Of a stretch of 64,000 nucleotides of DNA, positions 21,011-31,174 are shown piece by piece. This DNA comes from a candidate division WWE3 bacterium. GTDB taxonomy: Bacteria > Patescibacteriota > 4484-211 > GCA-002791395. The notes under the pieces were generated by a model that saw only the letters and a list, made by a program, of their open reading frames with translations, ran no database searches and was not told the origin of the DNA. The stretch's first letter is position 1. Each line of letters begins with the position of its first letter. The translations under genes were made by a program, and so were the position numbers. Location: contig JAAXWF010000002.1 of the NCBI GenBank assembly GCA_013335095.1, forward strand, positions 261 to 64,260, read 5' to 3'.

Positions 21011-21045
21011 TTGCAATACATTGACAGTTGCACTAGAATAAAAAC
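21011..21045 (+). promoter_or_regulatory. sigma70-type promoter, leaderless clpC
   Basis: TTGCAA(21011)-17 nt-TAGAAT(21034)-6 nt-ATG(21046). Confidence 0.65.
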
Positions 21046-23718
21046 ATGTTATGTGATCGCTGTGGCATAAATGAAGCCACTACTGTTATTACAAAAATAA
21101 GTCATCGAGGCAAAGAAATTTATAATTTATGTGAAACCTGTGCTGCTGAAGAAAATAGTGGCTTTTCGTTCAACTCAAACCGGTTTCCACCTTATAATTT
21201 CTTTGGCGAATCTCCTTTTTACGACATGGGCGATGCATCGTCATCTTATCAGCGTAATGAGCAAAATCGTCAACACGTAAATATCATGGATTATTTTACC
21301 GAGAGGGCAAAGGGCGTCATTCAACGAGCGACCCAAATCGCCCAGGAAATGAATCATCATGTACTCGATACCGAGCATTTATTACTAGCTTTACTCGAAG
21401 ACAAAGAGGGTTGTAGCCGCTTATTGTCATCTTTAGGGGTTAAAACAACTGAACTACAACGCTATCTTAGAACTATTATTCCAATCGGAACACAACCGAG
21501 CGATAAGATTGAACTATCACCACGAGCAAAACGTGCTTTAGAACTTGCTTTTGATGAGGCGAGGCAGCTTAAACATACCTACGTCGGAAGCGAACATGTG
21601 TTATTAGGTTTAATTAGAGAAGGCGAGGGACTCGCCGCCCAATCGCTGAAAAAATTTGCCATTGATTTAACAAAAACAAGAGCGGCTATAACCCAGGCAA
21701 ATAAACAGGGTTTCGGAAAAGATACGCAGTTTCCAGGGTCAGAAACTCCAACACTTGATGAGTACACTAAGGACCTAACCAAAGAAGCTGCAAACGGAAA
21801 CCTGGATCCAGTCGTAGGCCGAACAAATGAGATCGAACGAGTCATAAATATCCTTTCTCGTCGAAGAAAAAATAATCCGGTATTAATTGGTGAGCCGGGA
21901 GTAGGCAAAACCGCTATTGTTGAAGGATTAGCGACAAAGATTATAAATAAAGATGTACCAGAGACATTACAAAATAAAAGAGTATTATCGCTAGACTTGG
22001 CTGGTATGATTGCAGGAACCAAATATCGCGGAGAATTCGAAGATCGTCTAAAATCAATCATTCGAGAGATTCAAGAAAACAAAGATCACATTATCTTATT
22101 TATCGACGAGCTTCATACAATAGTTGGGGCTGGTGGGGCCGAAGGGGCAATTGACGCTTCTAATATGCTCAAACCACCACTCGCTCGCGGTGATCTGCGG
22201 ACAATTGGAGCCACAACCTTAAGCGAATATAAAAAATACATCGAGAAAGACGCAGCTTTAGAACGTCGATTTCAGCCTGTTATGATCCCCGAGAATACTG
22301 TCGTTCAGACTATCGAAATCTTGCGTGGGTTAAAAGACCGCTACGAAGCGCACCACCGAGTTTCGATCCAAGATGAAGCTCTCATTGCGGCAACAGAGCT
22401 GTCTGATCGGTATGTAAATGATCGATTTTTACCAGATAAAGCAATCGATCTAATTGACGAATCTTGTGCTGAAGTTCGTTTGCGTACCATTGCAGCGCCC
22501 GCAAACCTCGAAGAAATTCGTAAAAATATCCGTGAATTAGAACGTGAAGTAAGTGAAGCTAAGGCAAATAAGCTCGAAAAGAAACATACCGAGTTATCTC
22601 ATAAACTAAACGAATTACAAAAAACAGAGTCTGAGGTCGAAGAGCTGTGGTTAAAACAAAAGGCAACCGAACAGCCAGCCGTAACGGTCGAAGATGTGGC
22701 CCGGGTATTATCAAAGATGACTGGAATACCGGTTACTAAATTAACCGAAGAAGAACGTGACCGATTGATGAAATTGGAAAATCAGCTCCATCAGCGAGTC
22801 ATCGGACAAGATGAGGCAGTAAAAGTTGTAAGTGAAGCGATACGAAGAGCTCGTGCCGGGTTAAATCAACCGAATCGTCCGATAGGTAGCTTCATGTTTC
22901 TTGGCCCAACCGGTGTTGGAAAAACAGAATTAACCAGAGCACTCGCCGAAGTTTTATATGGAAGCGAAAAAAATCTCATACGACTTGATATGAGTGAGTA
23001 CCAAGAACGTCATAACGTCGCGCGACTTATCGGATCGCCTCCGGGTTATGTCGGATATGATGAAGGGGGGCAATTAACTGAGCGGGTTCGTCGGAATCCA
23101 CATTCAATAGTTTTATTTGATGAGATCGAAAAAGCTCACGACGATGTCTTTAATATCTTGCTACAAATACTGGATGAAGGCCGTTTAACCGATGGTAAGG
23201 GCCGTACTATCGACTTTAAGAATGCCATTATTATCATGACCTCCAATCTAGGTGGTAATTTAATTCAACAAGCTCAACAAGAAAAAACCCCACAAAATGA
23301 ACTAGAACGTCAAGTTGAGAGCATTTTAAAGGTAAAGTTCCGTCCTGAATTCCTCAACCGTATCGACGAATTTATTATTTTTCACTCACTATCAGAACAA
23401 CAGATTAGACAAATTGTTGATCTACAGCTTGAATCGACCACTCGATTAGTAAAAGCTCAGCAATTAAATCTTCGAGTCGATGACAGTGTCAAGGAAATGC
23501 TTACCAAGGAGGGCTATGATGCTGAATATGGGGCACGACCATTAAGACGGCTCATTCAAAAAGAAATTGAGAATGGATTATCAAATCTACTTTTGACGCA
23601 GCAGCTCGATTCAGGATCAACAATTAGCATACATCTGGACAACAATGGTATGATACAATTCAACCATGAGCGAAAAACAAATCGAACAAAGCAAACCAGC
23701 AAACGTTCAGGAGAATAA
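21046..23718 (+). CDS. clpC: ATP-dependent Clp protease ATP-binding subunit (ClpC-type) with N-terminal C4 zinc motif
   Basis: CDRC...CETC, double Clp-N repeat, [22 protein letters not shown] and [11 protein letters not shown]. Confidence 0.9.
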   Translation: MLCDRCGINEATTVITKISHRGKEIYNLCETCAAEENSGFSFNSNRFPPYNFFGESPFYDMGDASSSYQRNEQNRQHVNIMDYFTERAKGVIQRATQIAQEMNHHVLDTEHLLLALLEDKEGCSRLLSSLGVKTTELQRYLRTIIPIGTQPSDKIELSPRAKRALELAFDEARQLKHTYVGSEHVLLGLIREGEGLAAQSLKKFAIDLTKTRAAITQANKQGFGKDTQFPGSETPTLDEYTKDLTKEAANGNLDPVVGRTNEIERVINILSRRRKNNPVLIGEPGVGKTAIVEGLATKIINKDVPETLQNKRVLSLDLAGMIAGTKYRGEFEDRLKSIIREIQENKDHIILFIDELHTIVGAGGAEGAIDASNMLKPPLARGDLRTIGATTLSEYKKYIEKDAALERRFQPVMIPENTVVQTIEILRGLKDRYEAHHRVSIQDEALIAATELSDRYVNDRFLPDKAIDLIDESCAEVRLRTIAAPANLEEIRKNIRELEREVSEAKANKLEKKHTELSHKLNELQKTESEVEELWLKQKATEQPAVTVEDVARVLSKMTGIPVTKLTEEERDRLMKLENQLHQRVIGQDEAVKVVSEAIRRARAGLNQPNRPIGSFMFLGPTGVGKTELTRALAEVLYGSEKNLIRLDMSEYQERHNVARLIGSPPGYVGYDEGGQLTERVRRNPHSIVLFDEIEKAHDDVFNILLQILDEGRLTDGKGRTIDFKNAIIIMTSNLGGNLIQQAQQEKTPQNELERQVESILKVKFRPEFLNRIDEFIIFHSLSEQQIRQIVDLQLESTTRLVKAQQLNLRVDDSVKEMLTKEGYDAEYGARPLRRLIQKEIENGLSNLLLTQQLDSGSTISIHLDNNGMIQFNHERKTNRTKQTSKRSGE

Positions 23719-24040
23719 TCCGACTATGAATAATGAAAGATTCCAATTTAATACTGGTGATACAGTTATTGTAAGTACCCGAATTACAGAAGATAATCGT
23801 ACCCGTATTCAAAAATTTGAAGGTATAGTTATCTCTAAACAGGGCGCTGGTATCAGCAAAACATTCACGGTACGCCGTATTGGTGTAAATGAAATCGGTA
23901 TTGAGCGAATATTCCCGCTCCATTCACCATTAGTCGAACAAGTTGAAGTAAAGAGACATGGTAAAGTTCGACGAGCAAAATTATATTATCTCCGAGATCG
24001 CCGTGGTAAACACGCAACGTACGTTCGATCAGCTGACTAA
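23666..24040 (+). CDS. rplS: 50S ribosomal protein L19
   Basis: [25 protein letters not shown] and [12 protein letters not shown]; start supported by TG-a-TACAAT-6 nt-ATG. Confidence 0.95.
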   Translation: MSEKQIEQSKPANVQENNPTMNNERFQFNTGDTVIVSTRITEDNRTRIQKFEGIVISKQGAGISKTFTVRRIGVNEIGIERIFPLHSPLVEQVEVKRHGKVRRAKLYYLRDRRGKHATYVRSAD

Positions 24041-24046
24041 TCTTTA

Positions 24047-24412
24047 GTGCAAAATAACCCTACTCAACATTTAACAATTGGTAAAACGGGAGAAGATGAG
24101 GCTGCTGAGTATTTAATCAATGCAGGATTTAAAATAGTTAGTAGAAATTGGCGGTATAAGAATCACCACGAAATCGATATCATTTGTAAAAGTCCTGATG
24201 GAGATATCATTGCAGTAGAGGTTAAAACTCACGATCAACCAAACGAAACCGCACCATTTGAAATGGTCACCCCCGCAAAGATACATCGAATCAAACAATC
24301 CCTTGAAATGTTTATTAGAGAGGAATATGCAATAACCCCGGCACTTAGAGTAGATGTGATAAGCATCATTTTGCATCCGTTCAGAATTGAACATTTTGTC
24401 GGAGTTGAGTAA
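24047..24412 (+). CDS. YraN family endonuclease-like protein
   Basis: GKTGEDEAAEYL, RNWR, EIDII, VEVKT and RVDVI. Confidence 0.9.
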   Translation: MQNNPTQHLTIGKTGEDEAAEYLINAGFKIVSRNWRYKNHHEIDIICKSPDGDIIAVEVKTHDQPNETAPFEMVTPAKIHRIKQSLEMFIREEYAITPALRVDVISIILHPFRIEHFVGVE

Positions 24413-24422
24413 AGTATTACGT

Positions 24423-24749
24423 ATGGAAAAGATTGGAGCAACCCTAAAATTAAAAGCTCAAAAGTTTGAAGATCCCGACAAGAATGTTTCTCGTGAATTT
24501 CAAATTTATGGCGTTGAATTAGCCGAGAGACTTGGAGACTCGAAGCATAAAGCGTTGTATATTAAGTTAGCAAAGGAACTACCCCGTGATTGGCTCGAAA
24601 AAGCATACAGTTTTGCATCTGATTATCCAAATGCAAAATCAAAGGCGAAAATATTTATGTATAAGCTAAAAGATATTCGAAAAATTAATGAAACAGTCGA
24701 AGAATCTGAGACAAAACCCAAAAATCTTGCCCTTACCAGTAATGATTGA
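24423..24749 (+). CDS. hypothetical protein
   Basis: Co-directional ORF with backbone-like composition; ATG 24423 lies just past the YraN stop. Confidence 0.65.
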   Translation: MEKIGATLKLKAQKFEDPDKNVSREFQIYGVELAERLGDSKHKALYIKLAKELPRDWLEKAYSFASDYPNAKSKAKIFMYKLKDIRKINETVEESETKPKNLALTSND

Positions 24750-24788
24750 TACAATGCACAAAGCTATTTGACGGTTTGCATTTATTTT

Positions 24789-24864
24789 GGGTCTGTAGCT
24801 CAGTCGGTAGAGCATCGGCCTTTTAAGCCGGGTGTCGTGGGTTCGAATCCCACCGGACCCACCA
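24789..24864 (+). tRNA. tRNA-Lys(TTT)
   Basis: GGGTCTGTAGCTCAGTCGGTAGAGCA TCGGC CT-TTT-AA GCCGG GTGTCGTGGGTTCGAATCCCACCGGACCCACCA. Confidence 0.95.
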
Positions 24865-24938
24865 AAATATTAGTCAGATATGGATATAATGGGTTATCAC
24901 TGTCGTATACATAATTACGGAAAAGGAGGTGATAAGAC

Positions 24939-25646
24939 ATGCAAAATACCAATTTTAACTCTTGGACAGACGCAGTTCTCGCTACACTTTCAAGCAATAT
25001 TAATGCTCTCATTTCGTATTTACCCAACTTATTTGGTGCAGTAATAATATTTACGGTTGGTTGGATCGTAGCTGGATTAGTAAAAAGACTCTTTCTAAAA
25101 GCCCTTGATATATTACAACTAGAACCTTTTGCCGAAAAAGTCGGAATTTCTAATGTAATGAAAAGAGCGGGTGCGAGTATCTCCCCAGCAGAATTACTCA
25201 GCGAAATCGTTAAGTGGGGGATCGTTATAGCATTCTTGAATCCGACCGTCGAAATTCTCGGCCTATCACAAGCTACAGAACTGATTAATGAAGTACTTCG
25301 ATACATACCAAATGTAATCGTTGCGGCATTAATTTTGATGTTTGGAGTAATATTTGCTGATTTAACAGGTCATTTCGTGAGAGGAGCTGCATCAGCATTA
25401 AATACCGGGGCAGCAAACACCATCGAAACAATTACACGATATTCGATAATTGTTTTCGTATTCCTAGCTGCATTATCACAACTCGGAATAGCTGAGGATC
25501 TTGTTCAAACATTGTTCACTGGATTTGTTGCAATGATAGCAATTGCTGGTGGATTATCTTTTGGCCTTGGTGGAAAAGATCTGGCTGCAGATCTATTAAA
25601 TTCACTTCGCCACAGTCTCCATAACGAGGAGAAACGAAAGGAATAA
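24939..25646 (+). CDS. TM-helix repeat membrane protein (CmpX/mechanosensitive channel-like)
   Basis: Repeated YLPNLFGAVII / YIPNVIVAALI helices and the end motif AGGLSFGLGGKD; SD AAAGGAGGTG. Confidence 0.82.
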   Translation: MQNTNFNSWTDAVLATLSSNINALISYLPNLFGAVIIFTVGWIVAGLVKRLFLKALDILQLEPFAEKVGISNVMKRAGASISPAELLSEIVKWGIVIAFLNPTVEILGLSQATELINEVLRYIPNVIVAALILMFGVIFADLTGHFVRGAASALNTGAANTIETITRYSIIVFVFLAALSQLGIAEDLVQTLFTGFVAMIAIAGGLSFGLGGKDLAADLLNSLRHSLHNEEKRKE

Positions 25647-25667
25647 CGCACATTACAATCAACGTTC

Positions 25668-26228
25668 CTATGCAGGACTAATTTCAGAAAGAAGGACACC
25701 TTCGACAATTAAGCCGATGGGATAGAAGAAAATGTTTAATTCACCTGTGGTGAGTTCTTCGATATCTTTTCGATTATTGATAGTAACTTCATCACGGGTG
25801 AATCGTGCGACGACCTGGCGCATACGACTGCGACTTACTGGTCGAACAATTTTACTCACGAAATTATCACCAATAGTTTCCCATAATGTAGGTAATTTGT
25901 CTTTATTAATACGAATGAGTATAGTTCCTTGAATCTTAACGAGTTTATTGTCTTTCGTGACTGCTTTAATCGGTTCATCTCCGAATATCTCGGCATTATT
26001 TAGATCCACATTTTCATGAATCCCATACTCTAATGTCTGAGCATTAAATAATTTAGCAACCTGCCAAAAAGGTATCTTTAGATGTAATCCTGGTTCCCAA
26101 ACCCGCTTTAAAACGCCGCGTCCACGATCATACACACACGCGACGTGTCCCGGCGGTACAGAGATAAAGAAGCCACCTACGACTTCGTCGACTAAAATTG
26201 ATACTACAAGTCTATCGAGCATATGCAA
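25668..26228 (-). CDS. SPFH/prohibitin (band 7) domain protein
   Basis: VPPGHVAC, EPGLHLKIPFWQ, AVTKDN and IVRPVSRSRMR. Confidence 0.82.
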   Translation of the reverse strand: MHMLDRLVVSILVDEVVGGFFISVPPGHVACVYDRGRGVLKRVWEPGLHLKIPFWQVAKLFNAQTLEYGIHENVDLNNAEIFGDEPIKAVTKDNKLVKIQGTILIRINKDKLPTLWETIGDNFVSKIVRPVSRSRMRQVVARFTRDEVTINNRKDIEELTTGELNIFFYPIGLIVEGVLLSEISPA

Positions 26229-26292
26229 GTATGAGTATACGGCTAACTGATAAATTACGCAAACGGTTACCTATAGTTATAATCCCATAACG

Positions 26293-26327
26293 TTGACTTT
26301 AACTCATAAGTACGATATACTCCCGAT
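26293..26327 (+). promoter_or_regulatory. sigma70-type promoter, leaderless
   Basis: TTGACT(26293)-17 nt-TATACT(26316)-6 nt-ATG(26328). Confidence 0.7.
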
Positions 26328-26975
26328 ATGCAGAAAAGGCTACTCTTGATAACTATAATATTCACAGCAGCCGCTACCGGCACTCAATTCACCCCCAACG
26401 CATATGCTGAAGCACAAAAATGCTATGGTCAATACGGCCAGGAGATTACATGTCCATTAGTTAATAAATCATTTTCAGTCCAAAAAAGAGTACGCATAAG
26501 TGGAGCAACTGATTGGAGTGAAACCGTTAACGTGAAAAGCGGTACAACCGTAGAATTTCAAATTACTGTAAAAAATACCGGTGAAGCGAAAGTCAGCAAT
26601 GTTAATGTAATTGACGTATTACCTGATAATTTAAAAGAAGCCACTGGTGCAACCCAATGGGTAATCAATGATTTTGAATCCGGACAAGAGGAAACTCGAA
26701 CATTTTCGGTAAAAGCGAACGATACTAATATTACCGATAATCAAGAAAAATGTGTCGCTAACGTCGTTAATGTTCAATATAACGGTAATCAAGAAGCCTC
26801 AGATACAGCAGTTGTCTGTATTAGTAGAAATTCACATGTCTTACCAAATCAGCTTCCTGAAACAGCTGATTCATCAACCAATTCACTAAGAATGGTATTC
26901 GGAGTTATTTTGGCGGCATTTGCCCTACTGAGCTTCGGTAAAGCTATAGAACTTAGTACTAAAAGAGCAGACTAA
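26328..26975 (+). CDS. secreted DUF11-type Ig-domain protein with sortase-like sorting signal
   Basis: Signal peptide, VEFQITVKNTG...VIDVLP, then LPETA + hydrophobic helix + KR tail. Confidence 0.8.
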   Translation: MQKRLLLITIIFTAAATGTQFTPNAYAEAQKCYGQYGQEITCPLVNKSFSVQKRVRISGATDWSETVNVKSGTTVEFQITVKNTGEAKVSNVNVIDVLPDNLKEATGATQWVINDFESGQEETRTFSVKANDTNITDNQEKCVANVVNVQYNGNQEASDTAVVCISRNSHVLPNQLPETADSSTNSLRMVFGVILAAFALLSFGKAIELSTKRAD

Positions 26976-27474
26976 ACTGACGAATAGCTTCATAAACAAC
27001 GATAGCCGCACTAATTGCGACATTTAAACTTTCCTTTTTACCATACATTGGTATTTCAATTACTTCATCGCACTGTAATAAAATCTCATCGCTAATGCCG
27101 TCGATTTCATGCCCCACAACTAGTGCAATTGGCCCAGTAAATTGATATTCGTAAAGGTTTTTTCCTGATTTACTCGTTTCAAGGCCAATTAAGGGTATAC
27201 GCTGTGTTCGGAAATATTTAATCAGATCCACAATGTCAGGGTAATAGTCCCAAGAGACACTTTTCTCTGCACCCAATGCGGTCTTATGAATACCCTTTGC
27301 TGCATTTCGAATATCCCAGGGCTTACGAGTATCATTTTGTTTTTCAGGATAGGGGGTAATACCAGATACATAGACCTTTTCAATCCCCGCACAATCAGCC
27401 AGACGAAACATAGACCCGACATTATGAAGACTACGTATATTATGAAGAACCAAATGAATAGGGTATACGCTCAT
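26959..27474 (-). CDS. TrmH/SpoU family RNA methyltransferase
   Basis: NIRSLHNVGSMFR, VVGHEIDGI and IPMYGKKESLNVA. Confidence 0.92.
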   Translation of the reverse strand: MSVYPIHLVLHNIRSLHNVGSMFRLADCAGIEKVYVSGITPYPEKQNDTRKPWDIRNAAKGIHKTALGAEKSVSWDYYPDIVDLIKYFRTQRIPLIGLETSKSGKNLYEYQFTGPIALVVGHEIDGISDEILLQCDEVIEIPMYGKKESLNVAISAAIVVYEAIRQFSLLF

Positions 27475-27540
27475 AATTTAGCTAAAGATAGGGCAGTTTA
27501 CATTCTGTTAATCGCATCTTATAATACGATTTGTCCTTAC

Positions 27541-27615
27541 GGCGGGTTCGTCTATCGGCTAGGACTCAGGATTTTCATTCCTGCAAGACGGGTTCAACTC
27601 CCGTACCCGCTGCCA
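27541..27615 (+). tRNA. tRNA-Glu(TTC)
   Basis: GGCGGGTTCGTCTATCGGCTAGGACT CAGGA TT-TTC-AT TCCTG CAAGACGGGTTCAACTCCCGTACCCGCTGCCA. Confidence 0.95.
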
Positions 27616-27656
27616 TATCAACGCTTCAATTACTGTAATACAATTATTATCAGAAT

Positions 27657-28793
27657 ATGTCAAATGAAACTCCTAAAGTAGCTATCGTTCATGATGTTCT
27701 ACATCGTTATGGTGGTGCTGAACGTGTGGTCGAACAAATCGCAAAGATTTGGCCCGATGCTGATATTTATACCAGCCGCTATATTTCACATCCAGAAACA
27801 AGTGAGATTGCTTCAAAAAAAATACACACAACGTTTATGCAACAATTACCGTGGTTTAATATGCTCGCTAAACTGTATACTCCCTTTTTCCCATTTGCGT
27901 TTGAATCACTGGATTTGCGTGCATACGACATAATAATAACGTCTACGGCACATTTCGCTAAAGGCGTATTAACGAATCCCGACCAATTACATATATGCTA
28001 CTGCCATACGCCACCTCGTTTCCTATATCAATATTCTTCGGAGAGTAAATCACGAAAAAGCGGTATACTTTCTCCAATTGTAACGGCACTGGATCATCGA
28101 CTTCGGATGTATGATTACGCGATTGCTCAAAGACCAGATATCGTTGTAACCAATTCACACACCACCGCTCAACGAATTAAAACATTTTACCAACGAGACC
28201 CCGAAGTTATCTACCCACCAATACCCATAGAACAATTAATTCCACAATCACCGATACCAAAAGATGACTATTATTTAGTCGTTTCACGTTTAGTTGCATA
28301 TAAAAATATTGATCTAATTATTAGATCATTTCGTTATCGCAAAGAGCGGTTGATAATTGTCGGTGATGGACCACAGCGCGAATATTTGCAAGGCATGGCA
28401 AGCAAAAACGTGGAATTTGTAGGATTTGTCGATAGAAGTAAACAAATTGATTATTATCAAAAAGCCAAAGCATTAATCTTAGCTACAGAGGATGAAGATT
28501 TTGGTATCACACCGGTTGAATCGATAGCAGCAGGAACCCCAGTAATCGCCTATCGTAGCGGTGGAATCACTGAAACCGTAAAAGACAAAGAAACTGGCAT
28601 TCTTTATGATTCATTGACCACGGAAGCGATTAATACAGCAATCGATGAATTCCAGTCAAGAAGCGTCATCCAAGATCCAACGACAATATCTATGAGCGTT
28701 AGTCAATATTCAGAGGCGACGTTTAGAGAAAAATTAAGAAATTTAGTTGTAGAGAATTGGGAGAAGTCTACCAACACTATCAACAACCGTTAG
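27657..28793 (+). CDS. glycosyltransferase family 4 (WbaZ/mannosyltransferase-like)
   Basis: AIVHD...GGAERV, ICYCHTPPR and EDFGITPVESIAAGTPVIA. Confidence 0.92.
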   Translation: MSNETPKVAIVHDVLHRYGGAERVVEQIAKIWPDADIYTSRYISHPETSEIASKKIHTTFMQQLPWFNMLAKLYTPFFPFAFESLDLRAYDIIITSTAHFAKGVLTNPDQLHICYCHTPPRFLYQYSSESKSRKSGILSPIVTALDHRLRMYDYAIAQRPDIVVTNSHTTAQRIKTFYQRDPEVIYPPIPIEQLIPQSPIPKDDYYLVVSRLVAYKNIDLIIRSFRYRKERLIIVGDGPQREYLQGMASKNVEFVGFVDRSKQIDYYQKAKALILATEDEDFGITPVESIAAGTPVIAYRSGGITETVKDKETGILYDSLTTEAINTAIDEFQSRSVIQDPTTISMSVSQYSEATFREKLRNLVVENWEKSTNTINNR

Positions 28794-29006
28794 ATAAATG
28801 CAACTTGAAATAAGGTTAACACAGACAACGCTGTTAATGCACCCAATAAAATGTAATACAGATTGATGCTTGAGATTGCGGACTTTTTTCTCATCGGCCG
28901 TATTATAACTTCTAGAACTAAGACTTGTCAAAATTATAGGGTAATAACTAACAACAAGGATACACGTTTTTTGCTTTAGTAAAAGGAAAATATCTATCCT
29001 ATAAGA

Positions 29007-29035
29007 TTGACATCCTCACCTATGAATGTTATAGT
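29007..29035 (+). promoter_or_regulatory. sigma70-type promoter of islet gene
   Basis: TTGACA-17 nt-TATAGT with extended TG. Confidence 0.75.
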
Positions 29036-29051
29036 TACAATGCATTTTTTA

Positions 29052-29219
29052 GCACCTCTACAATTGAATTTATCTACCATTTTTGCTGTTCAAATAAAGA
29101 TCTGCCGGCGTACTGATGTCAGGTAAAAACGTGACCTCAATACGCATGCAGATCGACAGATCTAGCAGCGGACAAGTATATTGAGTAATCGGCACAAGGA
29201 ACTGTTCAAGGAGGGACGT
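29052..29219 (+). promoter_or_regulatory. structured 5' leader (boxA-like motif, long hairpin, SD)
   Basis: GCACCTCTACAA at 29052; hairpin GATCTGC..GCGTAcTGA..GTCA/TGAC..TCAaTACGC..GCAGATC at 29099-29154; AAGGAGG. Confidence 0.5.
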
Positions 29220-31040
29220 ATGGGAAGAGTGCTATCTCTGGCACGTAGGTACGCAGTCGGAGCAGCTGCCTTTGCATTGATCGCAGTGATTGCGCTTGGT
29301 GCTTCGGCGCTACTAAGCAGTGGCAATAGTGGGCAGCAATTGGCATTGGCAGGGGCGGTAACCACAACGCCGACTGTGCCAGTGGCCAGTGTTAGTCCGT
29401 CATCAGCCGCAGTAACGCTAACACCATCTTTGTCCTCGGATACGCCAACAGCAGGGGGAACCACCGCCAGCATCGACATTCAGTTCGCTCAGTCGAGCCC
29501 AACCGTAGCCCGTACCGCCGGTACGGTTACCGCAGATACCGCTGCAGGTGCATATCCAGCACCGGCGACAGCGGTCACCGATACAGTAACGAGAACGCCT
29601 CAGCCAGCGGTAGCGTCTGTGACAGCAACGCTCACACCGCTCTCCACCACAACAACGGTGCATTCCACTCTGGTGATCAGCCAGACAAATCTCAATGAGA
29701 TGTCTGGAGGGGTTGCGTCGATCTGGGATTATGAAGGAGGGCTGAGAAAAGCGACCGATGGGGAACTTCAAGTTCTAACGGATACGCTGCTGCTTCCCCA
29801 TATGGCCACGAATCTGCAAACGATCGATAAGCCTCCGTTTGCACTCGGTCAGTTTCGGCTAATCCAGCCGACGACTGATGTTACGTGCGCTGAACCGCGG
29901 CTGCAAATGCCGCATATTGGGGAAACGCCAGACAAGCTGCACATTAACTTGTCGATCCAGACAAGTAACTGTGCGTTTGTGTTCACCTTGGCTGGTACGA
30001 CAAACATCAGTCCGACGCTTCGGCCCGCATTGATGATGAACGGAGGTAGTACCCACCCGGTCTCGGTGACGCTCACTGTCCTGACAGGGAGCATGAGCAG
30101 CAAGACGGTAAACGTACCGCTCAATACCGTTAAGCAAGCAATCCCGCTTGTGCCGGACATGGCGATCGAAGTAACAATTCCGGCTAACACCTTTGTGAGC
30201 CTCGACTACGCCGACACGGCTTTGTTCGGGGTCGAGGATGTAACTGGCGTTCCAGCTGATGCTGAAACGCGATTGTTCCTCAGCGATGCAGCCCCACGTG
30301 ACGAGCCCGCGCAAAAAGCATGGGAACTTGATCAGTGGACCTATGCCGCAACCGGCCTGGCAACATACCAGAAGCAGAATGGGCAAACGCTGGATGGTAT
30401 ACCAGACAACGGTGCCCACCTCGTCTTCTCTCAGCTGGCCATGGTCGGCCCGACAAACGAGAAGTATCCCTATGGTGGCGATTCGTGTGCGTGGCATACG
30501 ATGACACCTCGCGGGGGCGGGTTCTGGTTTGCCAATGCGGATAGTCGGATCACCAATGCGCTGTGCGGCAGTATTGCTGTACGAGGCCAGGGCCGATACG
30601 TCATCACCGGTGTCTCACAGGAAAATCTGCGGCACTGGGGTGCAGATGGGGACCCGCGCGTAGCGTTCGGCATCGCGGGCCATATGAGTGGTCGCTATCG
30701 GATCACCATCGCTCAAGTTGATCTGTCCACCTCTGATACCAAGGAGGAGTTGGTTGTCACTAAAGTGATCACCTCGACTCCCTGGCTTCAGTTGACGACT
30801 GGCCGCCCTCAATTCCAGGCGGACTGGAAGGGCGAGGCTTTCGTGGTGATCGAGTTCGATACCCCCTTTGGGCAGATCGATATCGGTCCCACAGCTGGAG
30901 CAACCAGCGTTGATGTCCGGTGGCCCACCAAGCCGCAGGACGCGCCGCAGGCGTCAAATCAACTCGATCTGGTTAGAACCAGCCTACCACCAGCCACCAC
31001 AAATAGGGGGCCAGTAGTGGCTACGCCGGGAGGTAGATAA
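29220..31040 (+). CDS. orphan exported protein: N-terminal TM/signal, Ser/Thr/Ala/Pro-rich stalk, beta-rich ectodomain
   Basis: AAGGAGG-gacgt-ATG; hydrophobic N-terminus; low-complexity T/A/P linker; GC-rich. Confidence 0.75.
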   Translation: MGRVLSLARRYAVGAAAFALIAVIALGASALLSSGNSGQQLALAGAVTTTPTVPVASVSPSSAAVTLTPSLSSDTPTAGGTTASIDIQFAQSSPTVARTAGTVTADTAAGAYPAPATAVTDTVTRTPQPAVASVTATLTPLSTTTTVHSTLVISQTNLNEMSGGVASIWDYEGGLRKATDGELQVLTDTLLLPHMATNLQTIDKPPFALGQFRLIQPTTDVTCAEPRLQMPHIGETPDKLHINLSIQTSNCAFVFTLAGTTNISPTLRPALMMNGGSTHPVSVTLTVLTGSMSSKTVNVPLNTVKQAIPLVPDMAIEVTIPANTFVSLDYADTALFGVEDVTGVPADAETRLFLSDAAPRDEPAQKAWELDQWTYAATGLATYQKQNGQTLDGIPDNGAHLVFSQLAMVGPTNEKYPYGGDSCAWHTMTPRGGGFWFANADSRITNALCGSIAVRGQGRYVITGVSQENLRHWGADGDPRVAFGIAGHMSGRYRITIAQVDLSTSDTKEELVVTKVITSTPWLQLTTGRPQFQADWKGEAFVVIEFDTPFGQIDIGPTAGATSVDVRWPTKPQDAPQASNQLDLVRTSLPPATTNRGPVVATPGGR

Positions 31041-31062
31041 TTTTTAGAGGATTGTAAACAGC

Positions 31063-31091
31063 GGGCGGAGAGCACATCTTCGCCCTTTTTT
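31063..31091 (+). terminator. intrinsic terminator
   Basis: GGGCGGAGA-gcaca-TCTTCGCCC followed by T6. Confidence 0.8.
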
Positions 31092-31105
31092 ATATACCTA
31101 ATAAG

Positions 31106-31134
31106 TTGATATTCACACTATAAGATATTATAAT
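31106..31134 (+). promoter_or_regulatory. sigma70-type promoter
   Basis: TTGATA-17 nt-TATAAT. Confidence 0.7.
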
Positions 31135-31174
31135 TTATGTGTTTCTAGATGAACGGCTAGCATAGGAGGACCCG

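Noticed and set aside
24800-25306. 168-aa minus-strand ORF
   Set aside because: Antisense to tRNA-Lys and to the CmpX-like gene; shadow ORF.
27286-27681. 131-aa plus-strand ORF
   Set aside because: Runs across the TrmH gene start and tRNA-Glu; spurious.
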